Assembly: GCA_963559605.1 (NCBI GenBank)
Contig: CAUWLL010000007.1
Location: 19,966-83,965 of the forward strand
Reading direction: 5' to 3'
DNA: 64,000 nt
Source: an uncultured Lachnospiraceae bacterium
GTDB lineage: Bacteria > Bacillota > Clostridia > Lachnospirales > Lachnospiraceae
Part shown: positions 1-9,588 of the stretch, one piece after another
How the letters are laid out: every line of letters begins with the position of its first letter
Position numbering within the stretch: position 1 is the first letter of the stretch
Position numbers and translations under genes: made by a program
Notes under the pieces: generated by a model
What the model saw: only the letters and a program-made list of their open reading frames with translations
Databases searched by the model: none
Told to the model about the DNA's origin: nothing

Positions 1-6
1 AAGTTT

Positions 7-27
7 AAAAGGGCTACGTCCCCAGTT
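7..27. repeat. Partial copy of a dispersed palindromic repeat, just downstream of the pyrF stop; cut by the window edge
   Basis: AAAAGGGCTACGTCC at 7-21 is identical to 51793-51807; the flank resembles 50317-50332. Confidence 0.7.
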
Positions 28-33
28 AAAACT

Positions 34-960
34 TTAACGATTTTCTAACGCACTTCTGACATCGGCAACCATATCCTCTACTGCCGCTCTTGACGCTTCT
101 CCGAAATTCTCCTCTCCGAATTTCGCGTATTTTTCCTGCTTATACGCTGCGATGATACCACGGGAGGAATTGATAATCGCACCCAGTCCATCCTCATTAA
201 AGAAATGCACCAGATCTTTGCCCTGTCCTCCCTGAGCGCCATATCCCGGAACAAGGATATAGGCTTTTGGCATTACTTTCCGAAGTACTTTTCCCATCTC
301 CGGATAAGTAGCGCCCACGACCGCGCCTACATAGCTATATGTATCACCCATATGCTGTTCGCCCCATTCAGCGACTTTCTCACCTACTAATTCATAGAGT
401 GGTCTGCCGTCGATAAGACGGTCCTGAAACTCACCACTGGATGGGTTGGATGTTTTTACCAAGATAAACATTCCCTTTTTCTCTTCCTTACATACGTCAA
501 GGAATGGATTCACTCCGTCAGAACCGAGGTATGGATTCACGGTCACGAAATCTTCATCAAAAGGAACATAAGATTTGCTTCCCACCTGAACTCTTCCCAG
601 ATGCCCTGTTGCATACGCCGCAGAAGTAGAACCGATGTCTCCACGCTTAATGTCTCCTATCACTACCAGACCTTTTTCTTTACAGTAATCTACGGTCTTT
701 TTAAATACTTCAAGTCCCGGAAGTCCGAACTGCTCGTACATGGCGATCTGTGGTTTTACCGCCGGGATCAAATCATACGTTTTGTCTACAATCTCTTTGT
801 TAAACTGCCAGATCGCTTCCACCGCTCCCTCTAATGTCTCTCCATACTCTGCAAATGCTTTCTCCTGTACTTTTGCCGGAATGTAATTTAACATGGGATC
901 CAGCCCTACTACGATCGGCGCTCCTGTTTTCTGTATATTCGCTACTAACTTATTGATCAT
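34..960 (-). CDS. pyrF: Orotidine-5'-phosphate decarboxylase (long subfamily)
   Basis: VGLDP, KPQ, DIKRGDIGST, TSNP, GAVVGAT, PGYGAQGG and NSSRGI motifs. Confidence 0.95.
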   Translation of the reverse strand: MINKLVANIQKTGAPIVVGLDPMLNYIPAKVQEKAFAEYGETLEGAVEAIWQFNKEIVDKTYDLIPAVKPQIAMYEQFGLPGLEVFKKTVDYCKEKGLVVIGDIKRGDIGSTSAAYATGHLGRVQVGSKSYVPFDEDFVTVNPYLGSDGVNPFLDVCKEEKKGMFILVKTSNPSSGEFQDRLIDGRPLYELVGEKVAEWGEQHMGDTYSYVGAVVGATYPEMGKVLRKVMPKAYILVPGYGAQGGQGKDLVHFFNEDGLGAIINSSRGIIAAYKQEKYAKFGEENFGEASRAAVEDMVADVRSALENR

Positions 961-973
961 CTTTTTTTACCTC

Positions 974-2260
974 CTATGTTCTGTTTTTCTGATATACAAC
1001 TTTTCCGTCCACCAGCGTGCATATTACTTCTCCGCTTACTTCATAGCCGTGAAACGGTGTGTTTTTTCCCTTGGACACAAATGTCTCTTTATCAATTTTA
1101 TACGTTTTATCGGGATCAAAAATTACAAGATCTGCCGTCATTCCCTCAGACACCGAGCCTTTGTCGGATAATCCCAGTATCTTTGCCGGATTATAGCTCA
1201 TCTTCTCCGCCATATCCATCACACTTAAAATCCCCGGTTTTACAAGAGCTGTATATGTGAGAGATGCTGACGTCTCCAGTCCCACGATCCCAAACGCCGC
1301 CTGCGCCATGGATTTATTCTTTTCTTCAGCAGAATGGGGCGCATGATCGGTAGAAATCACATCCATGATCCCCTCTTTCAATCCTCTCCGAAGCGCTTCT
1401 ACGTCTTTCTTTCCTCGAAGTGGCGGATTCATTTTATAATTTCCGTCATCTTCTTCTATATCGTCCGCTGTCAAAATAAAGTGATGCGGACAAACTTCTC
1501 CGGTCACCGGAAGCCCTTCTTCCTTGGCAAGTCTCACCATTTCCACACTATCCTCTGTAGAACAGTGACACAGGTGCAGCCTTACTCCTGTCTCTTTTGC
1601 CAACAAAATATCCCTTGCCACAATAACATCCTCTACAGAATTGGTAATTCCTTTTAATCCAAGGCGTACTGCATTTTCATCGGCGTTCATCACACCACCC
1701 TCTACCATGGTAATATCCTCACAATGTGCAAACACACTGATACCTGCCTCTTTCGCCGCTTTCATACCTTTCCGGTAAAGCGAAGCATTCATGACTGATT
1801 TCCCATCCTCGCTGATAGCATGACAACCTGCCTCTGCCATTCCGGCTACGTCTGCAAGCTCTGTCCCTGCCTGGCAGACCGTTACTGCACCAAGCTGGAT
1901 CACATGGGCAGGGGATTCTTCTTTAGCCCTACGGTGAACATCTGACACTTTTTCCTTTGTATCTATAACCGGCTTTGTATTTGGCATCGCACAAACCGTG
2001 GTAACGCCTCCTTTTACTGCCGCTTTGCCCCCTGTTTCCAGAGTTTCTTTGTACTCCAGTCCCGGATCTCTCAAATGTACATGAAGATCGATAAAGCCAG
2101 GCATAACATAACAGCCCTGCGCATCGATCACTTCGTCTGCCTGTGTCTCCACTTTCTCCGCGACCTTTTTGATTTTATCATTTTCGATCAGAACATCATA
2201 AATTCCGTCTTTCTTTGTATGCGGATCCACCACATGTCCATGTTTAATTAATACTGTCAT
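974..2260 (-). CDS. pyrC: Dihydroorotase (type I)
   Basis: PGFIDLHVHLRDPG, MPNT, KMNPPLR and TDHAPH motifs; start moved to ATG 2260 (RBS AAAGGA). Confidence 0.93.
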   Translation of the reverse strand: MTVLIKHGHVVDPHTKKDGIYDVLIENDKIKKVAEKVETQADEVIDAQGCYVMPGFIDLHVHLRDPGLEYKETLETGGKAAVKGGVTTVCAMPNTKPVIDTKEKVSDVHRRAKEESPAHVIQLGAVTVCQAGTELADVAGMAEAGCHAISEDGKSVMNASLYRKGMKAAKEAGISVFAHCEDITMVEGGVMNADENAVRLGLKGITNSVEDVIVARDILLAKETGVRLHLCHCSTEDSVEMVRLAKEEGLPVTGEVCPHHFILTADDIEEDDGNYKMNPPLRGKKDVEALRRGLKEGIMDVISTDHAPHSAEEKNKSMAQAAFGIVGLETSASLTYTALVKPGILSVMDMAEKMSYNPAKILGLSDKGSVSEGMTADLVIFDPDKTYKIDKETFVSKGKNTPFHGYEVSGEVICTLVDGKVVYQKNRT

Positions 2261-2310
2261 ATCTGTAATCCTTTCCGAATCCATACTATTTCTTATTTTA
2301 TCATAAGGAA

Positions 2311-2343
2311 AGTTAAAAGGGAATGCCAAAACAGGCATTCCCC
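2311..2343 (-). terminator. Rho-independent terminator after the S41 protease gene
   Basis: GGGAATGCC/GGCATTCCC stem (2319-2327, 2334-2342) followed by TTTT on the minus strand. Confidence 0.75.
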
Positions 2344-2352
2344 ATCAAAAAT

Positions 2353-3522
2353 TTACATCTCTTTTTTTAATTCCTCTATAGCTTTCTTAAGCTGGTTATC
2401 TGCTGTCGGAGCTTTTGTGTCATATTTGTATTCTACCTTTACGTCCGGAGTGATCCCTTTCCCGTTAATCGTCCTTCCCTTCGGCGTAAAATATTCTGAC
2501 ACAGTAAGCTTCACACTGCTTCCATCCCGAAGCATAAAGATACTCTGCACAACACCTTTACCGTAAGTCTGTGTTCCCACAATCTTACCTTCGCCGTAGT
2601 CCTGCACCGCTCCCGCAAAGATTTCAGAAGCACTGGCGCTGTTTCCATTGACAAGAACCGTCATGGGAAGGTCAAGAATATCTTCTTTGTCTGACTTATA
2701 TTCTTTCTTCGTTCCCTCCTTATCTTCCGTATAGACAAGCACTCCCTCCGGCAAGATCAAATCTAACATCTGACAAACTGCGTCCAGATCGCCGCCGGGA
2801 TTATTCCGAAGATCGATCACAATCCCTTTCATCCCCTGTTCCAGCAGATCGCGAAGCGCCTCTTCATACTGCTTTACTGTAACCGTATCAAAAGCAGAAA
2901 TCACAAGATACCCGATCTTCCCTTCCCGCATTTCATAGGCGATCGTCTGCTCTTCCACAATATCCCTTACAGCCGTCACCGTAATCTCTTCGGCTTCCGC
3001 GCCTCTTAGCACCGTAAGTTTTACTTTCGTCCCTTTTTCTCCACGGATACCGGATACCACTTGATCCAAATCCTGCCCGGAGATGTCTTTCCCGTCAACT
3101 TTATACAAAATATCTCCATCTTCTAATCCGGCTTTCATAGCAGGAGAATTCTCATATACTTTCGTAATCGTGATCAGTCCTGTGTCGCGATTCTGGCTTA
3201 AAAGAGCGCCCACTCCGCTAAATTCTCCACTGATGCTTTCTGTCAGCTCTTTCGTCTCTTTCTCATCATAATACTCGGAGTACGGATCGCCCAAAGCCTC
3301 CATATATCCCTTATAAAGTCCTTCGGTAAGTTCCGAGTCATCTACTTCTCCCAGATAATTCTCGTCGATCATCTGTCGGAGCGCAGATAATTTCTGCTCC
3401 GAATCCGATGATACAATATTCCTGCCCGCTCCTATAATTCCGCAGGAGACAAGCCCCATAATTATAAATACTACAAGGGCGCCAACCAACGCCCCTTGTA
3501 AGAACCCTTTTTTATTTTTCAA
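2353..3522 (-). CDS. S41A carboxy-terminal processing protease with PDZ domain
   Basis: LGDPYS, PDZ (FSGVG), DLRNNPGG, SASASE catalytic Ser, GKG catalytic Lys; N-terminal membrane or lipoprotein anchor. Confidence 0.92.
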   Translation of the reverse strand: MKNKKGFLQGALVGALVVFIIMGLVSCGIIGAGRNIVSSDSEQKLSALRQMIDENYLGEVDDSELTEGLYKGYMEALGDPYSEYYDEKETKELTESISGEFSGVGALLSQNRDTGLITITKVYENSPAMKAGLEDGDILYKVDGKDISGQDLDQVVSGIRGEKGTKVKLTVLRGAEAEEITVTAVRDIVEEQTIAYEMREGKIGYLVISAFDTVTVKQYEEALRDLLEQGMKGIVIDLRNNPGGDLDAVCQMLDLILPEGVLVYTEDKEGTKKEYKSDKEDILDLPMTVLVNGNSASASEIFAGAVQDYGEGKIVGTQTYGKGVVQSIFMLRDGSSVKLTVSEYFTPKGRTINGKGITPDVKVEYKYDTKAPTADNQLKKAIEELKKEM

Positions 3523-3538
3523 AATCTTGCTTCCTATC

Positions 3539-4666
3539 CTATAAATAATTTTGTGGATTTACCGGTGTTCCGTTGGACATCACTTGAAAATGCAGATGTG
3601 GTCCGGTTGAATTTCCGGTGTTTCCTACCTGTGCTACGTTTTGACCTTTACTTACTTTCTGTCCGCTCCTCACATAGATCTTATTGCAGTGCATATAGAT
3701 TGTCTGAAGTCCACCGCCATGATTGATCACCAGCATATTTCCCGCATTACCGCTGTAACCTGCGGACACTACCGTTCCTCCTGCCGCAGCATAAATCGGG
3801 GTTCCTATAGGCGCAGCCATATCAATTCCTTTATGATTCGTACTTGCTCCCGGCAATGGCTGTGCTCTCCATCCAAATGTACTGGAAATCCGAGTCAGCC
3901 CCGGACATGGATGAGTAAATGTACCGTTTCCGGATACAACCGCCGCTCCCGCGCCACTGTTTCCCGACGCGGCTTCCGCTTTGGCTCTTGCCGCCTCCGC
4001 TTTCTTTCTTGCCGCTTCTGCCGCCGCTTTCTCAAGAGCTGCCAGCCTTCTTGCGTTATCGCCAATTTCCTCTTTCAGATTACTAATCTCAGCGCTCTTG
4101 CTTGCAATCATCTCTTCTACAGATTTTTGCTTTGCGATCAGTTCATCCTGCATCTGTTCCATTTCTTTATACTCTGCCTGCAAAGCTCTTTCCTGCTCCT
4201 GCACAGATTTTACAACATCCTGGAACTTCACAAGCATATCTCTGTCATACTCGGAAATCGTCGAAATATACTCCGCATTATTCAAAAAGTCACCGAGCGT
4301 CTTAGACTGGAACAAAATCTCGATAAACTGAGAATTCCCATTCTCGTACATATATTTAATGCGCTTTTTCATGTCTTCATACTGATTGTTTTCGTCAATC
4401 TTGGCATTGATCAGCTCTTCCTCTTTCAGCGTGATCTCATCTTCTTTTTTCTTAATCTTTGCTTCCATCTCTTCCACATCGGAAAGAATACCGTTTAGTT
4501 CTTTTGCGAGAGATGCTTTCTCAGCTTCTGCCTCCTTTTTCTGGTTCTCCAGCTCTTTCGCTTTTTCCTTGGCGTCGCTGATTTTAGAAGCCTCAACCTG
4601 CATTGTCATGCCCATGCACAGCATTAACACAAGAATAAGACTTATAACTCTTTTCTTTTGCATCAT
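3539..4666 (-). CDS. Coiled-coil + M23 peptidoglycan hydrolase (EnvC/PcsB-like FtsEX partner)
   Basis: Signal peptide, long coiled coil, HKGID (HxxxD) and HLH zinc motifs; directly downstream of ftsX. Confidence 0.9.
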   Translation of the reverse strand: MMQKKRVISLILVLMLCMGMTMQVEASKISDAKEKAKELENQKKEAEAEKASLAKELNGILSDVEEMEAKIKKKEDEITLKEEELINAKIDENNQYEDMKKRIKYMYENGNSQFIEILFQSKTLGDFLNNAEYISTISEYDRDMLVKFQDVVKSVQEQERALQAEYKEMEQMQDELIAKQKSVEEMIASKSAEISNLKEEIGDNARRLAALEKAAAEAARKKAEAARAKAEAASGNSGAGAAVVSGNGTFTHPCPGLTRISSTFGWRAQPLPGASTNHKGIDMAAPIGTPIYAAAGGTVVSAGYSGNAGNMLVINHGGGLQTIYMHCNKIYVRSGQKVSKGQNVAQVGNTGNSTGPHLHFQVMSNGTPVNPQNYL

Positions 4667-4722
4667 GTTTACCCCCTATAATGCTTCGTTAATGATTCCC
4701 CTCGTAATATTCTGAGCTCTCC

Positions 4723-5631
4723 CTATACTCTCAGATGTTTACGGATCGTGAAGAAACTTCCCACAAAACCAATACCTACTCCCAAAGCGATCCCTACCGG
4801 AAGAAGTGTCTTATACACTTGGAATACCGGAAGAAAATCAATAATATTATTCAAAAGGCTGTATCTTGTCATAATGTAAGCAACCGCTTTATCATACATA
4901 AAATATAACATGACGAGCGGAATGATTGCGCCTACAACACCGATCAAAAGACCCTCAAACACGAAAGGCGCCCTTACGAATCCGTCTTTCGCACCGATGT
5001 ATTTCATGATCGCAATCTCTTCACGTCTAACGGTAATACCCATAGTGACTGTATTACTGATCAGGAAAATAGAAACCGCCAGCAAAATAATAATAATAGC
5101 TGCCGAAATATATCCTACCAGTTTGTTTACGCTTGTAAGTGTCTTTGCTACCACGTCGGACTTATTAACGTCGCGCACTCCCTCAAGACTTTCTGCAAAT
5201 GCTACTACGTCCTTTTGTTTCTCTACATCCGCCATGTAAACTTCGTAGTTATCGGAGTTGGCAAGCGGATTGTCGTTTTTAAATCCTTCTGCCGCATCTT
5301 TGGACTCTTTGAAGTAATTATCCTGGAATCCTTCCCATGCTTCCTCCGCACTTACATAGTTTACCTCCAGAACACCGTCTGTATCCTCCAGTTCTTTACC
5401 GATTTCCTGTTTTCTGGCATCAGTTGTGTCTTCGTTGAAGAAAACGGTAATCGCAACACCTTCTTCTGCTTTTTCCACAATATAATTAAAATTCACTACA
5501 ATAGAGTAAAATAATCCGAATAAAAAGATACATGCTGCCATTGTCGCAATAGATGCGATAGAAAACATCTTGTTTCTTCCTATGTTCTTTACCCCTTGTT
5601 TCATCGAATATCCAAATGTACTAATTCTCAT
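4723..5631 (-). CDS. ftsX: Cell division permease FtsX
   Basis: RREEIAIMKYIGA and PFVFEG motifs, 4 TM; overlaps the ftsE stop; start moved to 5631. Confidence 0.93.
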   Translation of the reverse strand: MRISTFGYSMKQGVKNIGRNKMFSIASIATMAACIFLFGLFYSIVVNFNYIVEKAEEGVAITVFFNEDTTDARKQEIGKELEDTDGVLEVNYVSAEEAWEGFQDNYFKESKDAAEGFKNDNPLANSDNYEVYMADVEKQKDVVAFAESLEGVRDVNKSDVVAKTLTSVNKLVGYISAAIIIILLAVSIFLISNTVTMGITVRREEIAIMKYIGAKDGFVRAPFVFEGLLIGVVGAIIPLVMLYFMYDKAVAYIMTRYSLLNNIIDFLPVFQVYKTLLPVGIALGVGIGFVGSFFTIRKHLRV

Positions 5632-6307
5632 TACTATACCCACCTTTTTTCTCGTCGCTGACAATAACTCCCTTTTTCATTGTTACAACGCGCTTTTTCA
5701 TTTCGTTTACAATCTCCTGGTTATGTGTAACGACAAGAACAGTCGTACCTCTGTCATTTGCCTCCTCCAGAAGCTTCATGATCTCCCATGAGTTCGTCGG
5801 ATCAAGGTTACCGGTAGGCTCATCTGCCAAAAGAATAGACGGCTCGTTAACAATAGCCCTTGCAATGGCAACTCGCTGCTGCTCACCACCGGACAACTCC
5901 TTTGGAAATGCTTTGTATTTTTGTGCCAGTCCGACTAAGGATAAGGCAGCCGGCACCTTCTTCTTAATGATCCTGTTCGGGATCTCTGTAACTCTCTGCG
6001 CGAAAGCTATATTTTCATAAATATTTCTGTCCTTTAACAGACGGAAATCCTGGAACACAACTCCAAGATTCCTACGATACAACGGAATCTTTCTGTGTTT
6101 CATGCGGTTCAGGTTGATTCCGTTAACCACAATAGAGCCGGACGTCGGATCAAGCTCTTTCATGATCAGACGAATCAAAGTGGATTTACCGGAACCACTG
6201 TCTCCTACGATAAATACAAATTCGCCCTGCTCAATCTTAAGATTAATACCATTCAGGGCGGCCACCCCTTTTGAGTACTCTTTCTTTACGTCTTTTAATT
6301 CAATCAT
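5621..6307 (-). CDS. ftsE: Cell division ATP-binding protein FtsE
   Basis: GDSGSGKS, VVFQDFRLL, LSGGEQQRVAIARA, ADEPTGNLD. Confidence 0.95.
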   Translation of the reverse strand: MIELKDVKKEYSKGVAALNGINLKIEQGEFVFIVGDSGSGKSTLIRLIMKELDPTSGSIVVNGINLNRMKHRKIPLYRRNLGVVFQDFRLLKDRNIYENIAFAQRVTEIPNRIIKKKVPAALSLVGLAQKYKAFPKELSGGEQQRVAIARAIVNEPSILLADEPTGNLDPTNSWEIMKLLEEANDRGTTVLVVTHNQEIVNEMKKRVVTMKKGVIVSDEKKGGYSNEN

Positions 6308-6323
6308 ATGCTCCTCCTAATTA

Positions 6324-7412
6324 TTAATACTCCAACGACTCCATGTACTTCATATATTTTACAACCATGAGCGCAATCTTAAATGTGATCGCATCCTCAA
6401 ATACACGAAGATCGAGTCCTGTACTTTTCTGAAGTTTATCCAGACGATACACCAGAGTATTACGGTGAATATAAAGCTGTCTGGATGTCTCTGAAACATT
6501 CAGGTTGTTCTCAAAGAATTTATTGATGGTCGTCAATGTCTCCTCATCGAAATCATCCGGCGATTTCCCCTCAAAAATCTCCCGGATAAACATTTTGCAA
6601 AGCGGGATCGGAAGCTGATAAATGAGTCGCCCGATACCAAGCGCACTGTATGCGATAATGCTCCTATCCGCAAAAAATATCTTGCCTACGTCAAGAGCAA
6701 GTTTTGCTTCTTTGTATGATTTGGACACTTCTTTAATGTCATTCACTACAGTTCCATAGGCAATCAGTATATCCTCTTCTCCGTCATTCTTCAACAGATC
6801 ATAGAAATTCTGCGCCATTTTGTGCAGCTCTGCGTGACCGTCACTGATTTCTAATTCTTTGACAACAATAATGTTCTTTTCATCCACTGCCGTCACAAAA
6901 TCTCTGGACTTGCCTCCCAAGAGCATCCTGACATTATCAAGGGCACTGCTGTCCTTTTCGTGTTTTGTCTCAATAATAAAGATAACACGTCTCACCTCTG
7001 TGTCAATATGTAATTTTTTGGCACGATTATAAATATCTACTAAAAGCAGATTGTCAAGCAGAAGATTCTTAATAAAGTTATCTTTGTCGAACCTTTCTTT
7101 ATAGGCAACAATAAGATTCTGTATCTGAAAGGCTGCGATTTTGCCTAACATATACACATCATCTCCGCCACCATTCGCCAAAAGTATATACTCTAACTGG
7201 TGTTCGTCAAAAATCTTAAAAAACTGATACCCTTTTACAACCTGACTGTCTGCCGGAGATTCTACAAAGGATACAATCTCTTCTTTATAATTCCCCTGTT
7301 CAGAAAACGTGCTGGCAAGAAATTTCCCGTCAGTGTCTAACACACAGAAGTCAATTCTTGTAATGCCTTTCAACCCTTCAATTGTATTCTGAAGTATCTG
7401 ATTAGATATCAT
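6324..7412 (-). CDS. CdaR/PucR-family transcriptional regulator
   Basis: C-terminal PucR HTH (NLNVSETSRQLYIHRNTLVYRL) and GGDEF-like middle domain; start moved to 7412. Confidence 0.9.
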   Translation of the reverse strand: MISNQILQNTIEGLKGITRIDFCVLDTDGKFLASTFSEQGNYKEEIVSFVESPADSQVVKGYQFFKIFDEHQLEYILLANGGGDDVYMLGKIAAFQIQNLIVAYKERFDKDNFIKNLLLDNLLLVDIYNRAKKLHIDTEVRRVIFIIETKHEKDSSALDNVRMLLGGKSRDFVTAVDEKNIIVVKELEISDGHAELHKMAQNFYDLLKNDGEEDILIAYGTVVNDIKEVSKSYKEAKLALDVGKIFFADRSIIAYSALGIGRLIYQLPIPLCKMFIREIFEGKSPDDFDEETLTTINKFFENNLNVSETSRQLYIHRNTLVYRLDKLQKSTGLDLRVFEDAITFKIALMVVKYMKYMESLEY

Positions 7413-7513
7413 ATATGTCTCCTCCACTCATTTCAATATACATTTTTCACAACAAAATAAAGTACTATTTTGAAAAAAGCATACTACTAGAACTTATATT
7501 AATACATATTTAC

Positions 7514-7556
7514 AAAAAAAGAAAGAGGAAATCCACATTTTTTTGTTGATTTCCTC
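7514..7556 (-). terminator. Rho-independent terminator after the TagA-like gene
   Basis: GAGGAAATC/GATTTCCTC stem (7525-7533, 7548-7556) followed by a long U tract on the minus strand. Confidence 0.7.
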
Positions 7557-7626
7557 AATTATTATGCAAAAATATATAAAAAAAGCAGTATACATAGTAA
7601 CCAAAACGTAATTTCTTATATTTTTC

Positions 7627-8301
7627 TTATCTTTCTTTTTTTCTCTTTTTCATCTCTTTTTTGAAAATCCGCTTTAACAGAAACCGAGACATTCTCCCGA
7701 TCCTCGTGTCACGGTTAAATACCGGAACCATCTCTTTTCCGATTCCTAACACCATCCTCGTATTTAAAAGGTTTTTGTTGCATACCGCAAAGTCTTCCTG
7801 AAGCGGTGAGGACAACACCGACAACACGCAATCCGCTTCCGCTCCGTTGATCGCATTCACAAGCATGTCGTCCGCCCGGTCTTCGGCGATCACCTTTGCC
7901 ATTCCCACAATCTGGATACCTCCATAGTGCCTGTCAAGATATTCATAGAGGATCTGCCCTTCTTCCTCTGTTTCCACCAGAAGATAGATTCGTTTGTGAT
8001 TCTTATGAAGATACCTCAGGAACATTTTAAGAAACAAGGCGCGCTCCGTCTCCTGCAAATATTTCCTTTCCTCAATATCTGCCGCCTCCAAAATCGTCCG
8101 GTCGCCTGCAAGTACAAGATCGAACGCTGAAATCTCCTCTTTCAGTCCTGTCGAGCCCTCCATCTCCATCACAGTATTCACTGTCACCAGATCAACAATG
8201 TTCACCGGTTCAGACTCCATGTACTCTACCGACTGCTTCATAGCTTCCTTCGCTGTGTAGTTGTCTATATAAATCCCAAGAACATTGATCTTACTGCCCA
8301 T
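7627..8301 (-). CDS. WecB/TagA/CpsF-family glycosyltransferase-like protein (divergent)
   Basis: KINVLGIYIDN N-terminus, INGAEADCVL and PLQE segments match the TagA fold; start moved to 8301. Confidence 0.75.
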   Translation of the reverse strand: MGSKINVLGIYIDNYTAKEAMKQSVEYMESEPVNIVDLVTVNTVMEMEGSTGLKEEISAFDLVLAGDRTILEAADIEERKYLQETERALFLKMFLRYLHKNHKRIYLLVETEEEGQILYEYLDRHYGGIQIVGMAKVIAEDRADDMLVNAINGAEADCVLSVLSSPLQEDFAVCNKNLLNTRMVLGIGKEMVPVFNRDTRIGRMSRFLLKRIFKKEMKKRKKER

Positions 8302-8334
8302 ATCTCCACCTGCTACACCTTTGTCAGTTTTTTG

Positions 8335-8363
8335 ATTATAGCAAAAGGACCATGCCTGTTCAA
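8335..8363 (-). promoter_or_regulatory. SigA-type promoter of the TagA-like gene
   Basis: TTGAAC-N17-TATAAT with extended TG. Confidence 0.65.
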
Positions 8364-8443
8364 CCTTTGTCACGAATTGTTCATAGTAGTTAACATTACT
8401 GTAACTATTATACGCAGGCCGGGCCACCTACAGGACGAACTGT

Positions 8444-8638
8444 CTACTTCTGCCCTGCCTGACGTTTCTTTCTTGCCAGCATTCCTCCAATGCGCCCGGT
8501 CTCTTTTGAAGACAGAGATTTCCAGCCATCTGTCAGAACTCTGTCCAACAGCCCCAGTTCCTCGGCAATCTCGTATTTCATTTTCTCTTCTTTGGTTAAT
8601 TCTTCTAATTTGATCGGTTTATTTTTCTTCGCTGCCAT
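8444..8638 (-). CDS. Small acid-soluble spore protein, alpha/beta type (SspF-like)
   Basis: KYEIAEELGL and LSSKETGRIGG motifs; start moved to 8638. Confidence 0.85.
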   Translation of the reverse strand: MAAKKNKPIKLEELTKEEKMKYEIAEELGLLDRVLTDGWKSLSSKETGRIGGMLARKKRQAGQK

Positions 8639-8663
8639 TTCTGATACCCCTTTCATTTTTTAT

Positions 8664-8692
8664 AAGTATTGACAGCTCCGAAGATTCTATAC
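8664..8692 (-). promoter_or_regulatory. Candidate forespore (SigG-type) promoter of the SASP gene
   Basis: GTATA-N17-AATACTT resembles GYATA...MATAMTA. Confidence 0.5.
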
Positions 8693-8693
8693 A

Positions 8694-8727
8694 CAAAACA
8701 GCGGCTCATTCAAAAGAATGAGCGCTG
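8694..8727 (-). terminator. Terminator of the PadR-DUF1700-DUF4097 operon
   Basis: CAGCG-CTCATTC stem with one bulge, then TTTT on the minus strand. Confidence 0.7.
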
Positions 8728-8739
8728 CGATCCGAAATA

Positions 8740-9585
8740 TTATGCTCCTGTAAAATCGACGGTAACATCACCGATGCCACATTCAATATTCATAAGTTTC
8801 CCCGCGTTATTATGGACGTTCTCTCTTTCTTTTATTCCCGAGTACACTTCCTCTCCAATCCTAACTTCTCCTACATCACAACCGATATTATAATTATATT
8901 CCTTCTGATTTCCTGTGACATGGCAGATAATATCTCCAATATCATTTTCCAGATCCAGTTCTGTCCCGGCGTTTCCTGTGACTTCCAGAGAACCCGTGCC
9001 GCATTTCAGACTCGCCTTGTCAGCATGGAAATTATGAACCACAGCATTTCCGACACCCATTTCTACAGATAATTCTTTGGCATTTATGTCCTCCGCCCGG
9101 AGTTCTCCCACCTTAATCTGCATGGAAACATCGTCCGGTTTCATCTCTCTCGGAATCCGGAGATAAATCGTTCCTATCTCGCCTCCGCCGTTGACTCCCA
9201 CAACTCTCTTTCTCGTTCTGAGGTTCAAAGTATCTCCTTCCATATAAGAACGGAACTTTAAATGTTCCGTCACATTCTGAGTCTCTACGCTAACGCTCTC
9301 GCCGTCATAAAGCTCAACTATGACATTCCCGGCGCCCATTTCCACATCGATTTCTCTTACACCCGGATAATTTTCTACAGAATTTGTTCCTCTATATTCC
9401 GTATTCTCTCTGTCATGACAGAGGAAACCGACATACTCTGAGCCCAGACCAATACAGCCGTTGGGGAAATGCTTGGCAATTGCCTCTACCGTCACGCCCA
9501 GCGAAAGTGACATTACACAGCAAATAATCCCGACAACCATTGACACGCCACAGACGCTCCAGAATATTTTCCATCCTTTCTTCAT
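8740..9585 (-). CDS. DUF4097-type beta-strand repeat membrane-anchored protein
   Basis: N-terminal TM; repeated GxGx beta repeats (EMGAGNV, KCGTGSL, ECGIGDV). Confidence 0.8.
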   Translation of the reverse strand: MKKGWKIFWSVCGVSMVVGIICCVMSLSLGVTVEAIAKHFPNGCIGLGSEYVGFLCHDRENTEYRGTNSVENYPGVREIDVEMGAGNVIVELYDGESVSVETQNVTEHLKFRSYMEGDTLNLRTRKRVVGVNGGGEIGTIYLRIPREMKPDDVSMQIKVGELRAEDINAKELSVEMGVGNAVVHNFHADKASLKCGTGSLEVTGNAGTELDLENDIGDIICHVTGNQKEYNYNIGCDVGEVRIGEEVYSGIKERENVHNNAGKLMNIECGIGDVTVDFTGA

Positions 9586-9588
9586 AAC

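Noticed and set aside
2261-2352. PyrR attenuator before pyrC
   Set aside because: The hairpin lies upstream of the likely extended -10 and is simply the terminator of the preceding operon; no PyrR loop motif is present
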